Assembly: GCA_036382695.1 (NCBI GenBank) | Contig: DASVHF010000072.1 | Location: 1-40,764 of the forward strand | Source of the DNA: Candidatus Nanoarchaeia archaeon | GTDB lineage: Bacteria; Patescibacteriota; Microgenomatia; Woykebacterales; RBG-16-39-9b | Length of the DNA stretch: 40,764 nucleotides | Direction: 5' to 3' | In this document: piece after piece, positions 7,257 through 14,058 of the stretch | Layout of the letters: every line of letters begins with the position of its first letter | Numbering within the stretch: position 1 is the stretch's first letter | Made by a program: the position numbers and the translations under genes | The notes under the pieces: model-generated | Database searches by the model: none | Told to the model about the DNA's origin: nothing | The model's input: only the letters and a program-made list of their open reading frames with translations

Positions 7257-7919
7257 ATGGGACCAATTCGTCTCTCACCGTCTACTTTAAATCTTTTTGC
7301 GGAATGCTCTCGGTGTTTTTGGTTACATATCAACAAGGGCATCCACCGACCAGCAGGACCATTTCCTTCTCTTCCAGGAGGCATGGATCACGTGCTCAAA
7401 TCTTATTACGACAAGTATCGACTTGTTGGAAAACTCCCACCAGAACTAAATGGGAAGATCGAAGGTAAGCTTTATCCGGATCTAGTTAAAATGAACAAAT
7501 GGCGCAACTGGCGAACCGGGCTGGAATATTTTGATAAAAAACGCAACGCGAAGCTTGTGGGCGCTTTGGACGATTTACTTCTGATTGGTAACAAATACGC
7601 ACCACTTGACTATAAAACTCGGGGTGGCGTTGTCAAGGAAAATTCGCACACCTATTACCAATTACAGCTTGATCTTTACTCGCTACTTTTAAAAGAAAAC
7701 GGCCTTCCACCAGCAGATTTTGGTTACCTAGTTTTTTATTCGCCGAATAAAGTGGAAAGTGGCGGATTAACCCATTTTACCGTAGAGCCGGTCAAAGTTG
7801 AAACAAATGCCGAGGCTGGGCGAACTGTTCTTGAAAAGGCGATTGACCTTCTAAAAAGAGGAACTCCACCTCACCATTCTTCTTGCGAATACGGCCTTTG
7901 GCAGAATGTAGATTTCTAG
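7257..7919 (+). CDS. PD-(D/E)XK (Cas4/RecB-like) nuclease family protein
   Basis: GALDDLLL and PLDYKT (D...D-x-K) motifs, YQLQLDLY (a QxxxY-like motif), and Cys residues near both termini (CSRC, SSCEYG). Confidence 0.55.
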   Translation: MGPIRLSPSTLNLFAECSRCFWLHINKGIHRPAGPFPSLPGGMDHVLKSYYDKYRLVGKLPPELNGKIEGKLYPDLVKMNKWRNWRTGLEYFDKKRNAKLVGALDDLLLIGNKYAPLDYKTRGGVVKENSHTYYQLQLDLYSLLLKENGLPPADFGYLVFYSPNKVESGGLTHFTVEPVKVETNAEAGRTVLEKAIDLLKRGTPPHHSSCEYGLWQNVDF

Positions 7920-8167
7920 GAAAGATTAACAAAGAGCAGCACAAATATTACCAGGCTCGCGAGAATAAAATACCCACTCAATAATAACTTTACATTTTCC
8001 TTCAGCTGACGGTAAACCAAAAGTTTGCCGGTTTCACCGCTTTCTTCATAAAATGGCGGAAAATAAAATTTCCAGAAAGTAGGTTCCTCGAAGCCTTCTG
8101 CGGTCAAAAGCAGTAGACCAAATATAAACAAAAGCAGGGCCATTAGAGTAAACAGTAACTCGGTCAT
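7916..8167 (-). CDS. Hypothetical two-TM membrane protein (83 aa)
   Basis: Hydrophobic N- and C-terminal segments. It overlaps the neighbouring stop by 4 nt. Confidence 0.4.
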   Translation of the reverse strand: MTELLFTLMALLLFIFGLLLLTAEGFEEPTFWKFYFPPFYEESGETGKLLVYRQLKENVKLLLSGYFILASLVIFVLLFVNLS

Positions 8168-8173
8168 CTAAGG

Positions 8174-8617
8174 TTATCTCCCCTTAGAGTAATTGCCCAC
8201 CAATTCTGCTTGAGCAACTATGTGACCATCCATTGCTTTTTCTACGTCTTCTTTTCCTGCGCTGTAAGGTAACTCTAAAATAATATCCAAAGCGTAAAGT
8301 TTAAAAAAGTAGCGGTGGGTTCCGCTCGGTGGACATGGCCCTCCGTACCCCACCTCGCCAAAATCGGTTACTCCTTGTGTGGTCCCGTCTGGAACCTTAC
8401 CTTCGCCAATTTCACTGGTTTCTGGATTTATATTCCAGATAGTCCAATGGACAAAAACCCTTCCCGGAGCATCCGGGTCGTCACAGATTAAAACCAGACT
8501 TTTTGCTTGGGTGGGCACATCAGAAAACTGCAGCGGGGGGCTAAAGTTACTTCCGTCACAAGTATATTTTGAGGGAATCGACGCGTTGTTAGCAAAAACC
8601 GGGCTCGTAATCTTCAT
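8174..8617 (-). CDS. YbhB/YbcL family Raf-kinase-inhibitor-like (PEBP) protein
   Basis: CDDPDAP, HW..WNI, GY.GPCPP.G.HRY.F.LYALD motifs. Confidence 0.85.
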   Translation of the reverse strand: MKITSPVFANNASIPSKYTCDGSNFSPPLQFSDVPTQAKSLVLICDDPDAPGRVFVHWTIWNINPETSEIGEGKVPDGTTQGVTDFGEVGYGGPCPPSGTHRYFFKLYALDIILELPYSAGKEDVEKAMDGHIVAQAELVGNYSKGR

Positions 8618-8624
8618 TAGTTAC

Positions 8625-8647
8625 ATTATATCTCGCTAGAGAAACAA
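8625..8647. repeat. Copy 1 of a 23-nt promoter-proximal motif (attatatctcgcTagagaaacaa), within a 10-bp palindrome at 8627-8636/8650-8659
   Basis: Matches 24852-24874 at 22 of 23 positions. The minus-sense TATAAT (8625-8630) lies 7 nt from the ATG at 8617. Confidence 0.65.
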
Positions 8648-8734
8648 ACGCGAGATATAATCTTGCGATTATAAATGGTATTTCAAATTTATAAAAATTT
8701 GCTTTTAAGCCGCGGCAAATGATAAAAATAAAAT

Positions 8735-9034
8735 ATGGCCCAGGTAAATGTTTACTTGCACTCTGGTGATCCGCAGGCCAACCCGATTGAGTTACGTGTG
8801 GATGTAATAGGCGAGGACAACACGAAAACTTCTCATTTAGTAACAGTCTCTCAAGAACTTTACCAAAGATTAACTGGCGGTATAAAAAGCGCTGAGGAAT
8901 TGGTGAAGGCTTCGTTTGAATTTCTCTTAGAGCGGGAACCAAAAGAATCAATTTTGCAAAGTTTTGATCTATCCCAGATACAAAAATATTTCCCCGAATA
9001 CGAAACTATAATTTCTTCCCAATTTTTCAAGTAG
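8735..9034 (+). CDS. Hypothetical protein (99 aa)
   Basis: Protein-like composition. I prefer it over the overlapping minus-strand ORF 8589..8951, which is Cys/Arg/Phe-rich. Confidence 0.45.
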   Translation: MAQVNVYLHSGDPQANPIELRVDVIGEDNTKTSHLVTVSQELYQRLTGGIKSAEELVKASFEFLLEREPKESILQSFDLSQIQKYFPEYETIISSQFFK

Positions 9035-9911
9035 GTTTTTGGCCAGGTGGTTTAATAGGAATTTCGGCAGTTGTCTTTCTTTTGTTCCCAACGAAAAATG
9101 AAACTATAAAAAGTAGAAGAGAAACCAGCAGGGAGGAGCCATACATTATCAACAGGGTCTTGAGAAAATTTGTGGAAACAAGTGAGATCAGGCCCTTAAT
9201 GGAATCGCCTAGCTGCGCGAATTCGGGGCCTTTGAACTGATCCGTTACCAATCCAGTTATAACTGCAAATAGAAACGCTAGTGCTAAAGTAGTGGGTAAT
9301 CCTAAAATGGCTGGTACAAAAAGGGCTAAGGAGAGCTTGCGCAATTTTGATTTCCAACTTTCCGCCAACCAAAAGATCAGAAGCAGGAGGAGGCCACTGG
9401 CGGCCGCTAGGACCAACGGTGCTGCCAGGGTTATCTGGAAAACTTTTCTTACCCGCAGCTGCTCAGCAGTGGGTTTAAGTTTTATTGGCTCGGACAAAGG
9501 CTTCCTGATCTCTTGTGGTAAAGGGTAGTTTTTTTCTTTAGCGAAGACCTCTATTTTTTCATTTAAATCTGAAAGGTTGATGCTAGGCGTAGCCTCCGTC
9601 TTACCGGTCAGCCAAGCGAAAGTAGCATCAATTACTGGCTCTGTTTTCTTCTGAAGATAGTTGGCTGTAATTTCTTTAGCTAAAAACCCCTCAAAGGCCT
9701 TTTGAACCTCTTCAGGCGGTGGAGCCTCTTCCTGCGGTAGTTTAATTAAAGTGGGAGCTGACTTGGAAACTGCTTCATAAATTTTGCTCTTCACCAACTG
9801 CTCTTTAATGTAGCCTGGATTTAAAACCGTGTTTATTGAATAAGCGAAAATCGCCAGAGGAAAGATTAGGAAAAAGAGGAAAAATGAAATGAATGTCAGA
9901 AACCCGCGCAT
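9027..9911 (-). CDS. Hypothetical polytopic membrane protein, possibly the last gene of the SipW/TasA-like operon
   Basis: An N-terminal TM, a soluble ~150-aa segment, then four C-terminal TM segments. It lies 41 nt downstream of the RTX protein gene. Confidence 0.55.
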   Translation of the reverse strand: MRGFLTFISFFLFFLIFPLAIFAYSINTVLNPGYIKEQLVKSKIYEAVSKSAPTLIKLPQEEAPPPEEVQKAFEGFLAKEITANYLQKKTEPVIDATFAWLTGKTEATPSINLSDLNEKIEVFAKEKNYPLPQEIRKPLSEPIKLKPTAEQLRVRKVFQITLAAPLVLAAASGLLLLLIFWLAESWKSKLRKLSLALFVPAILGLPTTLALAFLFAVITGLVTDQFKGPEFAQLGDSIKGLISLVSTNFLKTLLIMYGSSLLVSLLLFIVSFFVGNKRKTTAEIPIKPPGQKPT

Positions 9912-9952
9912 TAAGAGTATTATCTAACAGCCAATCACTTGTTTGCAACTTT

Positions 9953-10942
9953 TTATGGCGGCTCGCAAGTCTGCACACTCTCCCCGTTTATACACGTATC
10001 AATCCCTTCGCCGCCTTTTAGTGCATCTACCCCGTCTCCACCATCTAAGTAATCATTGCCGGCGTGGCCCTTCAGGGAATCGCTACCAGCTCCACCAGAA
10101 AGCACGTCGTTCCCATCGTTTCCTTTTAGGCTATCAGCGCCTGGCCCTCCTATAAGAGTATCATTCCCTTTTCCACCGTGAAGAGAATCATCACCCTCCC
10201 CGCCAATCAGGACGTCATCGCCATCCTCACCTTTCAATGCATCATTGCCGCTTCCACCTACCAAGCAATCGTCGCCTCCACGACCTTTAATTGAATCATC
10301 GCCTTCTAGCCCAAATATAAGATCGTTCCCTGCTGTACCTTTTAGACTATCTTTTCCAGAAGTCCCGTAGATTGGTTCACCGGCAAAATCAATATGTGAA
10401 CATTCTGCCGGCACCTCCCCGACAATACCAATTATTATGTCGAAAATTACCTGCTTGCCCTGGAACTCGTTGCCAGCTTCTGGATCAAAGATCACTGTAA
10501 AAATGTAAGTGGTATCTTCTCCCGCTCCCAGTATAGAAAGTGGAATCCCATCTGGCTCACTTTCAGCAAAAAAATCAGAAAGATGCTTTGGGCCAGTCGC
10601 GCTTGCGCCGCCATAAAGATCGGTGCCGTCTTCGCTAATCACGAAGGTCAAAACTTGCGAAATATTCCCGGTTTCACTTTGATTTACTCCTTTCACCAAT
10701 ATTTCTCTCGCGACAGAACCGCCGTTTGTAACGACCGCCTCGCGATCCTCGGTTTCACCCGGCAACATATTATTAATTACAAATATTGGATCACCTTCCG
10801 GCACACCAAAATCAACTGTCAAATCACCGATCGCGCGCACCATCGATGGCCTGTTGTTTTGATAAATATTGATTACGGCAATAATCACCACTACGGCTAA
10901 AATGTAGACAAATATTCTTCTAAAAATTTCCTTCTTTTTCAT
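9953..10942 (-). CDS. Exported protein with an N-terminal signal anchor, a beta-rich domain and 14 RTX (hemolysin-type Ca2+-binding) nonapeptide repeats
   Basis: The TM segment is [17 protein letters not shown]. The central domain has NMLPGE...VVTNGGS, as in TasA/camelysin-type sandwiches. The C-terminal half reads [27 protein letters not shown] ... GGEGIDTCI in strict 9-aa register. Confidence 0.8.
   Translation of the reverse strand: MKKKEIFRRIFVYILAVVVIIAVINIYQNNRPSMVRAIGDLTVDFGVPEGDPIFVINNMLPGETEDREAVVTNGGSVAREILVKGVNQSETGNISQVLTFVISEDGTDLYGGASATGPKHLSDFFAESEPDGIPLSILGAGEDTTYIFTVIFDPEAGNEFQGKQVIFDIIIGIVGEVPAECSHIDFAGEPIYGTSGKDSLKGTAGNDLIFGLEGDDSIKGRGGDDCLVGGSGNDALKGEDGDDVLIGGEGDDSLHGGKGNDTLIGGPGADSLKGNDGNDVLSGGAGSDSLKGHAGNDYLDGGDGVDALKGGEGIDTCINGESVQTCEPP
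9989..10366 (-). repeat. 14 tandem RTX nonapeptide units (GGxGxDxUx) encoded within the CDS
   Basis: Counted by hand at aa ~193-318 of the 329-aa protein. Confidence 0.8.
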
Positions 10943-10952
10943 TTTATTAAAA

Positions 10953-11567
10953 TCACTCCGCAGCTGAACTAAGTGCTTCTACGGCATCCAAATCGAATCC
11001 TAATGTCGGGTATGGATCACCCGCTGCTACTAAGTCAGTTAGTTTTACATATTTAACCTCAGCTAAACCAGTGCTTTCAATGTTCAAATCCACATTGGCA
11101 GTATCGGGAAAATCTCCAAGTGAATACCAAGTCGTTCCGTCTTGACTGACCTCAATCGTTGCTGTAGCAGGAAAAAGATCATCATAAACATGGATTCGGA
11201 TATCCGGATTCGTATCCCCTGTCGGAACAGCTTTATTGTCAACAAATTTTAGAGTAATGCTTGAATTATCGGAAATTTGAATAAAGTTGGTGGCCGGTGG
11301 GCTGTCTGGCGCCTCAGTCACCAAGGGTTCCGCCACGTTAGGATCTGAAGACAAATCTCCCGCGTCACAGCAGTGACCAAAAGTGCCCGTTACATCTACT
11401 ACTTCATCAACATACGGGTCAGGAAATTCTTCCGAGACCGAAAGTGTATTCCCTGCACTCGTTTCCGTATCAGAGAAAAATGGGGTGGTGGTGATAGTTT
11501 TTACGCCGACAACTATCAACGCTAAAATGAAAATAAAAGCACCAAGTTTTAAGACCGAGGATTTCAT
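10953..11567 (-). CDS. Exported protein with a SipW-dependent-type signal peptide
   Basis: The N-terminal TM is followed by [19 protein letters not shown]. The C-terminal beta-rich domain contains [16 protein letters not shown]...VKYVKLTD...[10 protein letters not shown]. The start overlaps the peptidase stop by 4 nt. Confidence 0.7.
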   Translation of the reverse strand: MKSSVLKLGAFIFILALIVVGVKTITTTPFFSDTETSAGNTLSVSEEFPDPYVDEVVDVTGTFGHCCDAGDLSSDPNVAEPLVTEAPDSPPATNFIQISDNSSITLKFVDNKAVPTGDTNPDIRIHVYDDLFPATATIEVSQDGTTWYSLGDFPDTANVDLNIESTGLAEVKYVKLTDLVAAGDPYPTLGFDLDAVEALSSAAE

Positions 11568-12130
11568 ATTACTGCTTGTTTCCTCCGCGAAAGAATTTTT
11601 TTAGTTTCGCTGATAATTGCCAGAATCTCACTGTAAATAATCAAGGTGATTGGAACAACAACCAGGAAAATGTAACCAAGCTGGGTTTTGGCAAAAGAAA
11701 CTGCATGCCCCACGTACGGAACTGTCAGAACCACCTTACCTAGAATCTGTCCCTCAGAAACCTTCGCCTGATCGGGCGTCCTATTTGCATCACCTTTGGT
11801 TTGGTAAGTAAATTGTCCGCTGCTTCCTTCGACTCCCACCACTCTATGAGTAATCGGATTATCCCCGGAAAGATACGTAACGATATCGCCTTTATTGAAC
11901 ATCGCTGAGGGTAATGGCGAAGCAACTTTCTTTATCTGACTTGTTGGTTGAACCAATAGTACCGACCCGATTTCAATACTTGGCTTCATCGAACCAGATT
12001 GGACGACAAAAAGTTGATAAGTCCCGGCCTTTCCAAAAACGGATAAGGCGACAGCGGCTCCAAAGACTATAATAGCCGCAATAAACAATGCATAAAATGT
12101 AGTACAAGCAATTTTTAATATTTTTTTCAT
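11564..12130 (-). CDS. Signal peptidase I, ER/archaeal (S26B, SipW-like) type
   Basis: An N-terminal TM, the Ser box VVQSGSMKPSIEIGS, the His box NPITHRVVG, GDANRTPD, and a C-terminal TM (YIFLVVVPITLIIYSEILAII). Confidence 0.8.
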   Translation of the reverse strand: MKKILKIACTTFYALFIAAIIVFGAAVALSVFGKAGTYQLFVVQSGSMKPSIEIGSVLLVQPTSQIKKVASPLPSAMFNKGDIVTYLSGDNPITHRVVGVEGSSGQFTYQTKGDANRTPDQAKVSEGQILGKVVLTVPYVGHAVSFAKTQLGYIFLVVVPITLIIYSEILAIISETKKILSRRKQAVI

Positions 12131-12166
12131 GGCAGTATCTGCACCTTTCTACTTAATGGCCTGGCG

Positions 12167-12186
12167 GGTGCGGGAGCAGCCGCACC
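12167..12186 (-). promoter_or_regulatory. GC-rich 7-bp hairpin (ggtgcgg-gagcag-ccgcacc) between the TasA-like gene and the peptidase gene
   Basis: Perfect stem with no U-tract. It is the only strong structure in the 91-nt intergenic gap. Confidence 0.45.
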
Positions 12187-12221
12187 TCACCAACCATTTC
12201 TCTCAGAACGAACTCCAACTA

Positions 12222-13262
12222 TTATGGCGCGTTCGTGTCGTCGTACTTAATCAAGTTGTACTCGAACAAGTACTTACTCTGGTCCCAATTAATCATCCTC
12301 GTCCCATTGTGGTGACCGGACAGAACCAACCAAATTTTTGCACCGGTTGGGTAGTTGTTATCGCTGGGATGTGGCAAATCGTAACCCAGATTTACATTCC
12401 CAGAAATAGTTAGATCCCCGTTGGAATCGGATGTGCCAGAACCAAGTACTGTACTTGGACTCCCGGGCAATGGCCCTTGCGGCCAAGGATCAGGGGCATA
12501 CACCAACTTGTAGTCGGTGCTTGGCTGTAGCCCATGAGCTTTAAGCGTACTACTGAAGTCAAAGGTTGGACCATCACCAGCCCACTTTAGTACACCCCAT
12601 TTTCCATCGCCAATGATTGGATTCCAACTCCCATCCTTGTTCTCCAGTAAAAGCGTAGTGCTGGTTGGACCTGGTGCTCCACCGGTTGTTTGTTCAGCGT
12701 AAATCTCGATAGAGAAGGTCAGCTTGTCACTTTGGGCCCAGTTGCCAGTATCGGCTCTCATGTGATAGCTTTGAGTAACTGTCATTGGCTGACCAGGATT
12801 TAGAGTACCGAGGTAAACGTAAGCGGATTCGATGTCGTCAAGCGTTATACCGTCGTCTGGGTCAATCACAGTTGTCTCGCCTACTGTCATATCGTACTCG
12901 ATTACCGTATCAATGTCGTTCTTGGGGACACCACCATTGTAAGTAGTGTACCAATCTTGCTCTGGCTCAGTAACTCCGTTCTCTTCGGTATCCACATCCT
13001 TGATGTGCTTCCAAATTCTGGCTGGATTGCTACCAACATTTGTTATGGTGAATGTTTTATATTCCACATTCGATGGCTTCATATCCGATATCGCGAAGTT
13101 ACCAGTCCAGGGATTATTATCGTCAACAGAGATATCAATGGTCCCAGCGGTAATGGTGTTTCCACTACTGGTTTCGGTGTCGGAGAAGTAAGCACGGGTG
13201 ACAGCAAAGCCGACTACTGCCACTATAGCAATAGTCAACATACTAACTAATATTCTCTTCAT
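12222..13262 (-). CDS. TasA/camelysin-like exported protein with a SipW-dependent-type signal peptide; candidate major subunit
   Basis: MKRILVSMLTIAIVAVVGFAVTRAYFSDTETSSGNTITAGTIDISV, followed by FAISDMKPS....FTITNVGSNPA. A strong SD, GGGAGG (13272-13277), lies 9 nt upstream of the ATG. Confidence 0.7.
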   Translation of the reverse strand: MKRILVSMLTIAIVAVVGFAVTRAYFSDTETSSGNTITAGTIDISVDDNNPWTGNFAISDMKPSNVEYKTFTITNVGSNPARIWKHIKDVDTEENGVTEPEQDWYTTYNGGVPKNDIDTVIEYDMTVGETTVIDPDDGITLDDIESAYVYLGTLNPGQPMTVTQSYHMRADTGNWAQSDKLTFSIEIYAEQTTGGAPGPTSTTLLLENKDGSWNPIIGDGKWGVLKWAGDGPTFDFSSTLKAHGLQPSTDYKLVYAPDPWPQGPLPGSPSTVLGSGTSDSNGDLTISGNVNLGYDLPHPSDNNYPTGAKIWLVLSGHHNGTRMINWDQSKYLFEYNLIKYDDTNAP

Positions 13263-13345
13263 TATTTTTCACCTCCCTTCAAGATAAGTTATAAGTATTA
13301 AGTAATAAGTATTAAGTTCAATAACTCGTTTCCGCTTCAACCTTC

Positions 13346-13372
13346 ATCCTTCATACTTCAGACTTTATACTT
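13346..13372. repeat. Direct repeat copy 1 (atccttcatacttcagactttatactt), ending 2 nt from the stop codon of the four-helix-bundle gene
   Basis: Identical at 26 of 27 positions to 13735-13761. Confidence 0.85.
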
Positions 13373-13374
13373 AA

Positions 13375-13743
13375 TTACGTGTTTTTGAGTTTTTTGATTG
13401 AAGCTGTGAGTATTTTTGCGATCTCTTCAGACTCCCCAATCAAATGTTTCATCCTATTTTTCGTTCGTACGTCGCTGCTTTCGGCTATTAACCTCAACCA
13501 GTAGATCGTTTCTCTAGCTTCCTTCTTGGCAATATTAGTGCTGTTTGTAAACTCCGCTTTTGTGTCAGAACCCAATGCTTCTTCAAGATTTGCACCGATC
13601 GATGTCCCAGATCTTAAAACTTGATTGATTAAAACCCTATTAACATCACTTCTTGGTAACTGCTTACAAAATTGTATTATTCTTAGCCCAAATTTAAATG
13701 TTCGTTCTCTTATATCTTCCGGTTTCCCACCTTTATCCTTCAT
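13375..13743 (-). CDS. Four-helix-bundle protein (the family historically mislabelled '23S rRNA intervening sequence protein')
   Basis: ERTFKFGLRIIQFCKQLP, LINQVLRSGTSIGANLEEA, and F....NIAKKEARETIYWLRLI are the characteristic helices of this family. Confidence 0.8.
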   Translation of the reverse strand: MKDKGGKPEDIRERTFKFGLRIIQFCKQLPRSDVNRVLINQVLRSGTSIGANLEEALGSDTKAEFTNSTNIAKKEARETIYWLRLIAESSDVRTKNRMKHLIGESEEIAKILTASIKKLKNT

Positions 13744-13761
13744 ACTTCAGACTTAATACTT
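13735..13761. repeat. Direct repeat copy 2 (atccttcatacttcagacttaatactt), overlapping the start codon of the four-helix-bundle gene
   Basis: See copy 1. The start codon (13741-13743) lies inside the repeat. Confidence 0.85.
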
Positions 13762-13800
13762 CGTCCTTACTCTTATAGACTTGCTGCCAACAAAAAGGTT

Positions 13801-13834
13801 ACAAACAAAAAGCTGTGCCAAAGTCAGCACAGCT
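13801..13834 (-). terminator. Intrinsic terminator downstream of rpoC
   Basis: Minus sense reads AGCUGUGC-ugacuuug-GCACAGCU (8-bp stem, 13811-13834) followed by UUUUUGUUUGU (13801-13810). Confidence 0.65.
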
Positions 13835-14058
13835 ACTATTCCTCTAGGTTGGGGCAATAAGCAGAACCATAATATTTATCCAATTTTTTCTGGGCAGATA
13901 GAAACTCGCGGGGCAGAAGAATACTCTTACACTTTAAGCATTTTGGTTTCAACTGTCAAGATAGAAAGGAGGTTTTTTTGGAAAGATTTCTAAATTTAGA
14001 ATTTACTCTAAGGTATGTGGGTGGCAGGGAGAGATGACAGAGAGTCTCCTTGTCAATT

